Positions 24,274 to 38,700 of a DNA stretch of 64,000 bases are shown here, in pieces. This stretch comes from Lama glama. Its lineage: Eukaryota. The first letter of the stretch is position 1. Each line of letters opens with the position of its first letter. The notes below the pieces were generated by a model. It made no database searches. It was given only the letters and a program-made list of their open reading frames with translations, and was not told the origin of the DNA. The stretch lies in NCBI GenBank assembly GCA_028534125.1, contig CM052816.1:27530001-27594000 (forward strand), written 5' to 3'. The translations under genes were made by a program, and so were the position numbers.

Positions 24274-24324
24274 TTGTGTGCCCTTAAACTTTCTGAGCCC
24301 TTTTGTGTGCCCTTAAACTTTCTG
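24274..24324. repeat. 22-bp direct duplication with 7-bp spacer in LOX intron 3
   Basis: ttgtgtgcccttaaactttctg at 24274-24295 and 24303-24324; spacer agccctt. Confidence 0.93.
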
Positions 24325-24842
24325 CAGTTTTAGCCATTTCTCCTTGTTCTTTCCTTATGTCAGATGAATAGCTTTTCACCTTCACATTAGTGAAATGAGA
24401 AAAGTAGATGTGAGCACCTAATTTGCTGATAAAATAGAATTATTTTATTTCTAATAAAAGCTTATATTAGTTAAATAATAGTGGTAGATAAAACATGCCT
24501 TTATTTCTCCTTTGCATAGAAGTAAAAGATTTTAAATATGTGAGAACACAAGTTTTAAAAATTTCCCAGAAACCTCCCAAGAGTCATGTACTCTTCTTTT
24601 TTGGAATGAAACATCAGTAGTCGCAGCCAAAGGAGATATACTAGAGGACATATGGCAAGTTTCACTTAAACAAAGATAATTTATTGTCTATCTCTCTTCA
24701 AGAGACAAAGATAAAACAGGGTATAATAGAAAGCAAAATACCCAAAAAATCTTTTTTTCTTAGTCGCAAAGTTAAAGCTCTACAATACTGAAAGATTTTT
24801 GTCCTGGGGGAAAAAAGATATCTGGCATGAATCTGGGTCTAA

Positions 24843-25154
<312 letters not shown>

Positions 25155-27587
25155 TAGAGAAAACCGTCTTCTATCGTCTTTCCTCCTGCCTGTCTTTTTT
25201 AAAAACTATTTTATTTACGAGGTCATCTAGTTTAGGTGGTAAATTATTGGGAAAAGGAAAGTGATGGCTTGATGATCCAAATTACTTTGAAAGTATTTCA
25301 TCATCACAGAAAGTCAATGTGCATACTTGTTATATATTCCACAATGAAAAGCAGTAGTTTATCTGAAAAAAATCTGAATGGTTTCCAGTACCTGCACTCA
25401 TTCTGTATTCTTTACCTCGATTGGTAAGTAGCTGTAGAAAAGATATCTATTTTGTGCAAAACTACTCCTCCCTCCACCTATTAAGCTAAAAATAGAATAG
25501 TGATTGGGATTAGCAAAAGGACAAAGTTTTTTAGAAAGCACTTCAAAAAATGTCTCTTTTAATCATGCAAAGAAGAGTAGAAGGACACAGTTTCTTTCTC
25601 TACGCATACATATTTTATTTAAACCTACAGTATAATTGATGTCAGATGTCCTTTGGATGGATTTTTTAAAATAGTGCTGAACTAAGCAGTTCCTGTGTCT
25701 TATAATGGGAAAATGTGTGTCAGTTAAAAGCTGTGCCAGTATTTCCATAAGGAACCCTAATTTGTAAAAGGACATTATAATTTTACTCCAGTGGAAATCT
25801 TGGCAAGGAGTAGTGAATGTACATAACTCAGGGTACAAAGGGATCAGCAGTTGGCATCTTGTGAAGCAAATTCCAGGGCTGTGGCAGGAAGCTTTCTGGT
25901 GATCTAAATGTTACTGTTGCTTCTTTCTCTGAGCTTAGAACATCATAGCAATTTGAAGGGGAAGAGATTCAATTCCTCTTGCCCTGGGACAGCACATGTT
26001 CCTTAAGCAAAAGAAGATGTAATGCACCATTATACGTATGTGTGTATAAAGATTCCCTTTTCACTCAGGGATCCCCAAATCCCTCAGTACCCACCTGGGA
26101 CCTGGAGTTTATTCTTTTCATTTAGAAAAAGAGGCACTCTGGGCAGATCACTGCTAAAATATTTGAATTTAATATTATAAGTGTTTATAGCATGTGAGTC
26201 CTCCAATTCCTAGAGGGTGACCCCACTTCACTTTATATGGTAGCTTTCTTGTTAATTATCCTCCATTTTTATCCCACTTAACCCTTATTGACTAGGTCGT
26301 ACACTACAAGTTATTTATGTAGTTGTGATTTTCACTAGATCTGTGTTTCTTCGAAGATAGGCTTCATTTAAAGGAAAAAAAAAAAAACTTACAGAGCCCC
26401 AGTGTTGACTTAGATTAACTGTATTATATTCTTTAAATGTATCCAAATATAAAACTAGATGTAACTTCCTTATATTTATACTTTCATGTAAATTTACATA
26501 TTAAATATATACGAAACTAGAAACAGTTACATCATCCTCATTAATTTATGTAGTAAAGTTAAGTTTTGCTAAAACCAAAGAGTTAATTTACACAGCCTTG
26601 GCTAAGGTTCTACATTTTTTAAGTTTTTAAAGTTTGAATACGTGAAATGCCTTTCTGCTTACTGCCTTGAAAAGCTCTTGTTTGCTAGTTCAAATAATCA
26701 AAGCTTATACTTAAATTCTGCAACCTGAATAAGGTAGAGGGCTAATTTCAGAATTCTTTAAAGCTTTTTTGTTCATCTGAAGGTAAGATAAGCTTTGTAG
26801 CATTATTTAAACCAGCCTTAGACAGATATCTAATCTAATGAATCCTTTACAGTGCTATGAAGGTGGCAGAGGTAATAGCAGTAGCAACAATAATAACAGC
26901 ACACACTTATTATTATCTAATAATAATAGATAACACTTACTATGTGCCAGAATTAGAATTATGTGCTGGAAATCAGAAACGGAAAATTCTTCATAATATG
27001 TTTACTACTCAACATATGGTTAATGACTGATCATAAGTTGCTATGGACCAAAATGAGAATATGGTTCTTACTGCTGTGGCACAGGTACTTTGTGAGTTTG
27101 GCCCATCTGTAATACTGTGTGCTGTGTGAGAGAGCACACTTCTCTCTCCTTCCCAAATCAAGCCACAGGCAAACCAGCACTGGTAGAACATGCTTTAAAT
27201 GATTCTGCCATCTCTCTGGTAACCAAGGTGATCTGGGGCACTGAAATTAAATGGCAGTATTGAGTTTAAATGATTCTAGCCTGTTCTTTTTTATTTACTT
27301 TGATTACTATCAGTAATGAAAATACAACAGTTAAAACTTCTCATGAAGAACTAATGGAACCAAGAATATACCTACAGACTCCAATTTGAGCAAATTTCTC
27401 CAGACTAACTTTCTGGAGACTAAGGACCATACTTTAGTGGTGTTTTTCTCCTCCCAGCCTGTAGAAGGTACTCATTTACTTACTGAAGTGAATATCTTAG
27501 CAGGTAGAGTGATGTGGCATTCATTCATTGAAGCATACGTTTATCCCTTTAATACAACAAAATATTTCAGTGACAGTATGAGGAAGA

Positions 27588-27835
27588 CTATGGTGTGGCA
27601 GTTAAGAACAGGGACCCTGGACCCCAAATGCCTAAACCCAAAACCAGCTCAGCCCCTTACTAGCTGTATATTCTTGGGTGAGTTATTTGACCTTATAGTG
27701 CCAAAGTGTGCTCATTTGTAAAATGGGGATAATAACAGCTCCTGTCTCATATAGTTGTGAGAACTGAATTTATATATGTAACATGTTTAAAGTCGATTCT
27801 GGAACATACTACATACTTCATAAATGTTAGCTATT
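27588..27835 (+). mobile_element. MIR SINE in LOX intron 4
   Basis: 'cttactagctgtatattcttgggtgagttatttgacc...ctcatttgtaaaatggggataataacag...taaatgttagctatt' matches a near full-length MIR. Confidence 0.85.
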
Positions 27836-28386
27836 CAAAAATGCAATATAGACTCCCTCCTTAAGGCGCTTACAATCTCTAGTTAGATATATTCTTAAAT
27901 AGTATGATTTTACTATAGAGCAGAGAAGGATAAATACCATAAAATCTATACACAAACTGAGTATCATGGGCATTCAGAGCATGGGAAGATAATTTCCAAG
28001 AAGAGAAATTGGGGAGAGTTACACTGAGAAAAGGACATTTGAGCCAAGCTGATTATTACATGGCCTTTATTCCTGAACTGGTATTATTCAAGAATTTTGG
28101 TGGAGGCCTATTTTGTCACTTAAGATTGTATTTATCACTAGTGATTTATGACACTTTTAAGAAGTGAGATGTACTACTACTTATATTAGTCCTGTATTTT
28201 TTTTAGCTGGAGGTGCTATAAGGCTGAGTAATATATACTTCTCAAAGGAGATGCAATATAAGTATAGTTTTATGTCAAACTCTTGTAAGTACTAACTTAA
28301 AATTTAATTTGCAAATAATAAGCATATTCTTTAGCATACTCTAACCATATACCATCTTTTTAATTTTTGAATTTTATGTGTTTTAG

Positions 28387-28557
<171 letters not shown>

Positions 28558-28834
28558 TAATTAATCATGGTCCTGCAAGCAATTATACATCTTCCAGATG
28601 TATAACTTTTTTTCTTAAATCAACTAGAAATATAAAACAAATTAGCTGAAAGAACTTCAGGGGAAAATATATACAGCCTCCTTTGATAATTTCTCCAGAG
28701 GTGAACTTACACACTCTCCCTGCTTGATTTAGTTGAAGCACTGCCTCCGTTCTAGCCCTCTGGAAATAGGAAAAAATTAACCAGTAAACACTGCTGATGA
28801 AATCGGAAACACAGATGATGTTTTTGTTGCCTAG

Positions 28835-28951
<117 letters not shown>

Positions 28952-31900
28952 TGAGTCCTATTTGCATAGCTAAGTAATTCTCTTCACAACGTGTTTTAGT
29001 TCATTAATAAGCATCATACACATTTGTTTTTACTACTCCTGCAGCCTCCCTGTAAAACAGGCCAAAGGTAGAAAATGGTAGAGTCTGAACTATTACATAA
29101 TTTGAGCTGATCTTTTTTTTGATAATGCTAGAGAATGGGGGAGGAGGTGTACTCAGGTTTTTATCACCCTAAAACTTGGTTTTCAAGGCAAGGCATACAC
29201 ACAGAACACACTGTTTACCCACCAAAGCCTGTGTGGTGGCCAAATCTGTGAAATATGCAACATGCACTGTGGGTGACCTTGTGGGAGCCCAGAGAGTTGG
29301 GTGTCCTGCCTCTTCCCCATAGTCCATGAAGGAGCCCTGAAGAATTTCCTAGATTTCTTCAAAGTACAGTTTGAAAATCATTACCTTAAAGTGTGCAACT
29401 GATGAGGTCAGATCACTTGTTCTGTAGAAATCAAGATTTCACATATCTGAGTTCTACCACTGCAAGTACTAGGGAAATTCCTGCAAAAGGAGGGGTATGT
29501 GGAGGTGGCTTCATAATTTTCCTAGTCCTAAAATTTGTCTTTGAATGAAATCGTAGAAGGAAACTCAGCACATAAATATTACAGGGTTGATGCTTTGATG
29601 AGGATAATTAAAGAGAGTTGGGTAGTTTTGCCTGCTTGTCTCTGTCCCACCCTGACCCCTTAAACACTGCCTGCTCTAGGGCTGCTGGGTTATAGATTCT
29701 AACTACATATGCCACCTGTGAGTGATACTGTCCCAACGATGGGAATGCCACTAGAGTGATACTGGACACACATCAGCTTTGTTGTGATGTGGGAGAGGCA
29801 CGCATGTCTCTGGATCATGCAGAAGGGTTTCCTGTACACTAGAAACCTAAAATTAATAGAAACTTCTCCCTGATCCACAAACCAGGACAATGGTTGCTGC
29901 ATATGAACTTGTAGTTTGCGGGCTTCCCCCAGGTGATATAAACTTACCTGCTTGTGCATGTTGTTTTGCCCACTACTGGAGCTGCCAGCCAGGGGAAAGG
30001 TGGAATTTACAGCAGCCCATACTCCATGCACAGAGCCACGTGGCCTGGGCTGCATTCACCTTGGAGGAGAGCCTTTCCTTACTTCATAGAGAAGCAAAGC
30101 CTGTGCTTTTCAAGTGTCATGACAGCATTAGAGACAGTAGTCTATGATAGCCAAGGTGTGGCACTGAAAGGTTATCAAACATATTCTTCTGAACATGCCT
30201 GCAATCCAGAAAACTTGACTGAGTTTATGGCTGATCACAGTAAAACTGAAAATCCCCAGAAGAGCAGTGTAACTTAAGCTAAAATAATTTAAAATACATG
30301 GAATAATTAATTTTTCTTAATTTTCATAATTCCTTAATTTATTCATTCATTCTTTGTTCATTTATTTGTTGACACTCTGTTTTTGATACAATATGAAAAT
30401 TCCATGGAGAGGGTATAGTAAAATGCAGTCGAAACAGGAGGACCTCTGCTAAGATAAGCTAGGTGACTCCCAGGTATAACTCCTGACCTCCTATGAGGAA
30501 AAGGTCTGGAGAGGTGATTCTATCACTGCATAGAATGTGTCTTGCTTTTCATCAGTAGAATCCATTGAATTGGATATTGCCAGATATGTAGAACAAATAA
30601 AAATTGTTATTTTTTGTTTCAGTATAGAGTCTCATTTTTTTAACCAGTTATTACTGACTATAAAAATTCAAGAATGGTTAATATAAAATTTTAATGAGAA
30701 ATACTGATAAGATGAAAATATGAGAAAGTGAAAGGACCCATAGTTAGTGATTTGTAATAAAATAACAAGCTCACACTTACCTATGAGTGAAAATAATGGG
30801 TAGTACAGAAACTTTGACTTATTTAAGAAAGAAACCTTCACCTTTCCAGAGAGTGGTGCCAGCTTCTTATATTTTCACTTTCACTTCCGGCCTCCCTTGC
30901 TAGGGATCAGACTTCAAAGGAAGGAGCGATTTCCTCTGGCTGTGATCCAGGAGTGGCTTTAGGACAGCATTTAAGCCTCGAGGGCTGAGGAGGACTGCAC
31001 TGGGGAGAGTTAAGGAAGGGCACGTTGGGAGGAGTCAACACACCAGCAACTGCATGGCAAGAAGAAATTGCAGGGCATGTTTCAAAAAGCAAGTCTTCTA
31101 GTCTGGCTAAGGAGTAATTTTCATGGAGTTAAGATATGGGCAAAAAGGATGGAAAAGTTAGGACCAGATCAAAGAGAACATTGAAGAGCAAGATAAAAAG
31201 TTGGAACTTCATCCTAAAGGCCATGGGGAGTCTGTGAAGTTTCTTGAGTAGGGAGTGTATCGTGCCTAAAGCCATGTGGTCAGTCTATGGCTCTGTAAGC
31301 AGCAGGGTATGTGTGCTTCCCTTGGTAACATTACTGTACTTTTTTTTTTTAACTCCTAAAGACAGAGCATCTCTTAGTTTACTGACTGTTTTTCATGCTA
31401 ATCAAATATTTGATAGCATTCTATTGGTGTGTAAAAACCACCCAGTAAGAAAGTGTGTGCCTTTGATGTATTCTCTCTCCCTCATTTTCCTCATTGTAAA
31501 CAAAACATATGAACCAGGTGACTGTGGCTCAGTTCAGTTCTAAGATACCATGATTAAGTTTTCTTCTCACAGAAATTAACATTTGGAAACTGATGGTTTA
31601 TGATTTAGAAATAAGTGATTCTCATTTGATGGGGATCTATGATCACAATATAAATAGACTCTTTGATTTATTGGCTTTGACCCAGTTTGCCTATTGATGC
31701 AACATTCTACATCCAAAATCATGCTGGGAAAGGACTAGTGCAGGATGGTGCAGAGGCCATGAACCTGCTACTTGGCAGACATGCCACACTTGCTCCATGG
31801 AGTGAACTCAGCTGAACGAGGCCACTACTCCTGCAGATCCTGCTTTACTTTGGATTATTTCAGAGGGTGTTACTTTTAACTCTAAACATCAAGTCTGTAG

Positions 31901-32098
31901 GTATCAGGCATACACTTTCTGCTACTGACATAGTGACTTTCTTCAAATCAATATGAAAATAATGTATTAACAGATAATTTCACAAAGGTGACTATTGCTA
32001 CATATTTTTTAAAAGGCTGACTTTAAAGTTGTCTGCTGTACTCATTCATGGTATTATCTAAGGTTAATAACTTGTCTCATTTTGTTTTCTTAATCTAG

Positions 32099-32105
32099 GT
32101 ATTAG
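32099..32105 (+). CDS. LOX: LOX exon 7 coding part (completes ...SPY-stop)
   Basis: Pyrimidine tract then ctag|G TAT TAG. Completes a 1260-nt in-frame CDS ending in the known LOX C-terminus ISPY. Confidence 0.95.
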
Positions 32106-35100
32106 AAAGCAAGCCAAAATTCCCAATGGATAAATCAGTGCCTGGTGTTCTGAAGTGGGAAAAATAGATTAACTTCAGTAGGATTTATGTATTTTTAAAG
32201 AGAGAACAGAAAACAACAAAGGAATTTTTGTTTGGACTATTTTATGACAAAGTGCATAACTGGATTTTGAACATTTAAATCGGCATTATTTGGGAAATTT
32301 TTAATATTTTTATTCACATTACTTTGTGAATTAACACAGTGTTTCAATTCTGTAACTGCTCACTTGGCTCTTTCAAAAAAAAATTCAAATTTCTTATGCT
32401 CCTTTGAAGTTATAGTGCAAAAGGGAAAAATATTTCAATGAATGAATCAAAATTACTCTAAACTGAGAATTTTCTAAAGTTCTGAAACTTCAGTGAACCG
32501 TAATAGTAACTGGCTTATATATGTCCTATCATAGATTACTGCAGAAATGAGGCTCCTACTGTTTAAATAGACAAGGACGCATTTGGTGCTGAGGAAGGAA
32601 CAAACACGTTACCATTGGTGTCAAGAAGTATTACTATATAGCAGAGAAATTGCAATATATGTATTCAGATACTTACATCCCTATATAAAATTTATGTTTA
32701 CATTTTAAAATCAGTAGATAAACTCTTTCTTTCTGTCAAGTGTACAATTTCATCCTGACTTAAGTCAGCTTTTGTTTTGGGATGAATTAAGTAACTGAGC
32801 TGCCCAACTCTTGTCTGATGTTTGGTGATGCTCCCCTCTACTCTTTAATTTTCCTATGGGCAGAGACCTTGTAAATGGCATTCTTAAAATTATTATTCTA
32901 GGGAGTGCTATACGTAGGACAACCGTGTCAATGGGAAAGTCATTCTGATGATAGATGTGATACATCCAGAGATAATATGGATTTAAGTATATTAAACTGT
33001 TAGCCGAAAAAATTTCCTTGCTGACGTAAAAATCATACAAACAAGTCTCCCAAACCACAACTGTCTCTAAAATACTTAGAAAAGTTAATGAAAAATATCT
33101 TTAGGATCTTCAACTTTTTCACAATTTTTAAATGTTCAGCTTTAAAATGAAGTAGTCTAAAACTTTTTAAATTATCTAGAATAGATGACATAATATATAT
33201 GGATATGGGAACACTATCCTAGGTCATCTAGGAATCAGTCATACATGGTTTTTTCATGTGTGTCTGAAATATAATACAAATTAGCAAAGCACATAGCATT
33301 ACATACTTGAGGTGTTGGTGAATAAGGGAAAAAAAAACTTTCTGTAAAATCAAGGACTGTGTTGCATAATGAGACAGCTGTGATTTTATTTTAAACTGTG
33401 AAACCATGTGCCACAACAGAATTTGGAGAATTTCTCTTTTTCCTAGATTTGAAAGGTACAGAAAGAAATCAAGTTACACTTTTAAGTTAGTGATGCTTAA
33501 GAAGTTTTCCTCCATTAACTAGTATTAAAATCTCAAGCAAGGTATTTCCAGTGCCAGGACACATTAGATAGAATTGGAAAGTGAGTTGGCATCCCTGTAT
33601 TATATATCATAGAGTTGTAAAGTCAACACCAACAACTAGTAATCATTCTGCACTCACTAGTGCCTAGCACGGGAAGAGGGGCTAGAGATGGACAGTCATC
33701 ATGGGCAGATACAGCCGGCCAGATGATCCTCATCTACCAGGGCACACACTTACCAAAAGACAATACAGACAGCTTGATAGAAACCAGAACTTTGACTGAG
33801 CTAGTATCTGAGCTATGGAATAGCTTCTCTGATGTACCTCTTTGCCTTAAGTTGTCTTTAGTTTTAAGATTGTAGAATGATCCTCTTAAACTGTAATCTT
33901 TTCTAATAGAGATATTTTAATATACTTGCTTTTTTAAAAAACAAAACTACTGTCAGTATTAATACTGAGCCAGACTGGCATCTACAGATTTAAGATTATG
34001 ATTTCATTAAGAGTCCTACCCCTGTACTAAAAACTAGCCAATATCATGGCCTTTGGATACATGTGAGAAGATATATTTACTATCATTCCATGGGTCTTCC
34101 ATCTGTCTGTCCATCTATCATCATTTGAGGGCCTAATATATGCCAGACACTCACATACTAGGCACTGGGATATGAAAGAGACTGTCCCTAACCTCAGTAA
34201 GTATTCAAAATATCATTACCACCCATTAGGTTCACCTCATTTCATTCTTAATGTAATAATTACATGTCTAAAAAATATCTATTTTAAGCACTCTTGATTT
34301 TCATGATCATATTTTATTAAAAATAAGTTAAAAATGAATAGTTATATGCATGTATGTGTTATTAATAATTAAAACTATATTTCCAGTCCCTGAAATGTCT
34401 GCCTTTTAAATATAACACATACTATTTGGCTCATTTTGGAAAAAATTAGTTTCAATTAAGAGGCTAAAGATTCTTACTTATTCTTTATATAAATATTCCT
34501 GCCCCACCCTCCAATCACCCAGACACTCTCAAGTAACTTACAAGTATTGATTTAACACTCAATATTTTTGAACCTCAAGGTATCTCTTCTCTGAATAACC
34601 ACCAAGACTCACAGATAATGATTAGCTGGTAAAATTTATCCATTAATAAAGTAAAAACATAATCCAGTCTCTAAATAAAAAATCTCTTAAATAAGAAGTA
34701 CAAATGATACAAAGAATGTTGAGTACTGAAGAGACTGGTTTTTATACAAATAGACTGAAAAAACGGGCTAAATGGGAAGATAACTTAGTGAGCCTTCCAC
34801 ATGCCATATTAGTTCTTCATTATTCAGACCACAGTCTGTACTAAGATGTCTTGACCTTTGAGGTCAGGATGCAGTCTCCCAAAATTACCATAATTTACAC
34901 ATCCATAACTTGCCTTTTTTCAGGAAATCTTTATATTTTTACATAATAATTTTATTCACAACTGCTATCATCCAATTAGTCACTAGGCATTATTTTTAAT
35001 AATGAACAAATTTTTCTTCTCTTTGAAACCTCATAGGAAATAATCACACTCATAAACATTCCCAATATTCAGATTCTAGAGGAAATGCAGTTCACGAAAA

Positions 35101-35700
35101 TTATCATAGCACTAAGAATCTATCTTACCAAATGGTGTTAAAATATTGAATTTCTGGTCAGAAGAGATTTTGTTTTGAAAATAAGTTGTTTTGATACTAA
35201 CAGTATAATAATTGATAAGTAAAAATTACCTTTTTCTATATTTTTTGTTTAGAATTCATATTCACAATCAATGTATTCAATCAATAGCTATATTTCATTC
35301 CCAGCTACCAAAAGCCCTGGGCCACTTTTGAACACTTAAAGCATTTCATTTATCCTTCTAGCCAAAATGGTGCTGAACTATTTCAACTTGAATGTAAAAT
35401 GTGTTAAGTCTTAGCTCATAGGATATATACATTTAATATATAACTGCTCGCTATGAACTAAGTAACATGTGATTTGGTATTGTAATGTTTTTAATGAAGT
35501 GTTAGTTTCTCCCAAATTTTTTCAGGAATTCTAGTTGTAAAACATTTTTAACTTTTTTGAAGAGCTCTTATTTTAAATGCCCAGACACTGGCTTTATATT
35601 CTTCTTTATACTCTCACATTCTTTTTATTATATGCCTATAGTATGATTGCAAGATTATGTAAAAATGCCTTGAATAAATGATTTCAAGTGTCTATAGTGG
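32106..35700 (+). other. LOX: LOX 3'UTR (about 3.6 kb; 3' end inferred) with several poly(A) signals
   Basis: AT-rich, repeat-poor sequence after the stop. ATTAAA at 32991, 33524 and 34316; AATAAA at 34645, 34674, 35673 and 35720. Confidence 0.7.
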
Positions 35701-35725
35701 TCATTTGTTGTTACATATAAATAAA
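35673..35725 (+). terminator. LOX: Probable distal LOX polyadenylation signals
   Basis: AATAAA at 35673-35678 and 35720-35725, each followed by GT/T-rich sequence ('catttgttgtt', 'gtgtatggttggtggtttt'). Confidence 0.6.
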
Positions 35726-38700
35726 TGATATGAATTTCATTTTAGGTTAAAATCTTATAGCCATGTGTATGGTTGGTGGTTTTGCTTAATTGCCTTTTGT
35801 ATTAACAAATTATTTAGCAAATGCACATGACTTGAAACTTGTCTATGATGGATAAAAATCTAGCTGATGTTTTAAAAAGAAACCATTATACATGAATGGA
35901 TCCTAACCTTTTGTCATTACCAACTACTTCCAAGGATGCAGAGCAGGCACTGTGAGAATAACCACTCTCAGTTTTGATTAGCATTTATAAGAAATATACA
36001 TGAGCATATATATATCCAGGGGACACAACTCAAACTACAAATTAAATGAAGACAAACATTGCTATCATAGTAATTCTTATTTAAACATGTGCCAGATTAA
36101 CCTGCAAGCTGGTAACCTGAAAGGACAAACAGGCCCCAAACTGTGGGCAAGTGTTTTGGGGGGACAATTTGAAAGAGTATAACCCACAAAGACAATTCAC
36201 CTTTAGGAGCTCTTGCAGGTAAAACAGACGTAGGCTTGTGGCTGGCAGTTTGCAGATGTGAGCTGTAGAGTATCAGTGATACTTGGAACCACCAATTTCC
36301 TGCTTTTCTCACCTGTTCAAGGCAAAATATGCTTTTGTTATTGGTGTAAAAGATGATTTCCTTCATCTCATCAGTGTTCAGTGTTATAGGTACTGCTCAT
36401 TATTATTACCTCATTAACCAAAGACAGAGGAAGGCAGGTCTTTCCTTCTGCTAGAAAGCTTGACTGCCTTAAGTTACTCAGTTATTAATATTTCTACTTC
36501 TTGCCACAGATATTAGTAGGGAATTAACACAGGTTGAATAAAATCACTTAAAGCATGTATTAAGGAATTCTAATTTCACAACATACTCTACTCAAAGAGC
36601 CCCATACTAAAATACATATGGAAAATGTTATCTCTATGGTGGAGATTCACAATACAGATTACCATGTTAAAGATTCAGAGAAGCTCTGCAGTAAAGAAAC
36701 CACTTTATCCTTGTTAATCAGTGCTTCTCAAATTTGTTTTGCCGCAAAAGTCTTTTTTTAAAATAGCATATGTTATCCTGTTAAACTTTTTTTTCTTGGA
36801 AAACTCCAGATATGACATATTAAGTAATTCTCAATTCATAAGAATGAGATCATTTACAAATTAATTATGATCGTGAATAGCATTTGAGCTGTAGGACACA
36901 GAGATACCTGAAACCCACCAATTTACTGCCTGCTTTGCTCCCTTACTAAAAACTGTGTGGTTAAATAGAATTCTTTCAAAGGAAATGGTTATTTCACTTT
37001 CTAAACCATGTTGCCTTTCAGAAGGAGATACAGATCTTTTCTATTTGTCTGATAACTTGAAAGCTTTATATAGTACTTATTAAAAATCTCTCTTCTCCTA
37101 GATATTAGTTGTTTTATAACATTAAGGATGAACCAGTCATTTTCTTCCTGGTTCATTCATTTTGTATAACTGAAATTATTATATTACATAATAGCATAAA
37201 TTAAGTAAATTTCAAGTAAATCTTAGTTACTTCTCAGATTGGGCAGGGAAAAACAAGATTTAAAATGAATGACTTGGAAGGATATATGTATGTATTTACA
37301 ATGTGCTGCCAATAATTTAGCATTTAAATATTGATAAGGCACCAACTTTGGAGAGAGAAAAAGGTTAGCCATCAGCACAAGTCCAAGAATATGCCTTTGC
37401 CACTTTTAGAAATATAATATTTTATTTTACATACCAAGTCAAATAAGAGTTCATGATACAACTATATATAACTGGGACTAAGGACAAATGTAATGACAGA
37501 ACCTGGTTAAGAGATGACTTCTTTTAAAAATGAACCAATAATGTTGGATGTTTATTCACATATCTTTACTGAATTAATGCATACGTTTGGACTCTGAAAA
37601 ATTTGGAGCCAATGTTGCCAACCAGTCATTGGAAAACTAATGAATTATACCATTGTCATATAGCAAACCACTAGAATAAACAATTTTCAATTACTACAAT
37701 GACATTTTTTTAGAGGGATGGTTTTAGGAAAAAAAAATTTCTATAACACTTTCTAGTTGGGTTGCTGTTGGGGCATGGATACATAAACAATCTGGTGGTT
37801 GTGATCTCTTCAATTTTGTTTTAGGGCTGTCTGGTTTCTGGTAACAGGAATATATCTTAAGCTTGCTTAGTTCAAAGGGGAATTTATAGGCTTTTGTAGC
37901 CAAACAGAGGGAGAGCAAAAAGAGGGTTTGCCTCCAGAGCAGATGCAACCAGGAAATCAAATACTATCAAGATCACATTCTTGCTGCCTTTTCTCTGTTT
38001 GTTTGTTAACTTCATTTTCTTGGTTTAGTTTCTCCAAAAGGATGGAAATCTTGTCTGCAGATCTGGGTAACCATCAACACAGCTTGTTGATCAGAAAGAA
38101 AATGGCATTAGCCTGTAACTCAACTGTGAAAAATCTAAGGGAAGGCATTTCATAGGCTTAGCCTAGGTCATGTGCCAATGCCAATTCCAGTCATTGTAGA
38201 TACTACAACAGGTCCAGCTGAGTCAAGTGCTCTTCCTTATTAAATTACCAAAGTAAAGGAGATGAAGTCAAGTAAGAGAATGGCTGCTCCCATCCAAATC
38301 ACGGGACTACATTTTGGCTTCATTAATGGATGTGAGGGGAAGTTGGGGGCATGGACAATGATAACTCCAGAGGAAGGGAGTGAGTTAGGATGGAATATTG
38401 TCAATGAGAAGATTACTGGGAGCCAGAAAGCAAATTTATGTTCAGCAAAAAGATTAATAGAATCAACATACATGGGATCCAACTCATAACTTTCCTTTCC
38501 AAACTGTTCACCCACCTTGTTTTTTATTAAGTGAACCCCATATTCTCAGTATCTAAGGGCTGGCTATTCTCCCAGAAAGAAGTCATGCTACCTTGCTCTC
38601 CCTTTGAAGATTATTCACCTCCCCTATTGGCAAGTCTAAATGGCATGCTCACTCTCACCCTGCCTTCTGTTTCATGAAGCCTTGACTAGGGCATTTCAGG

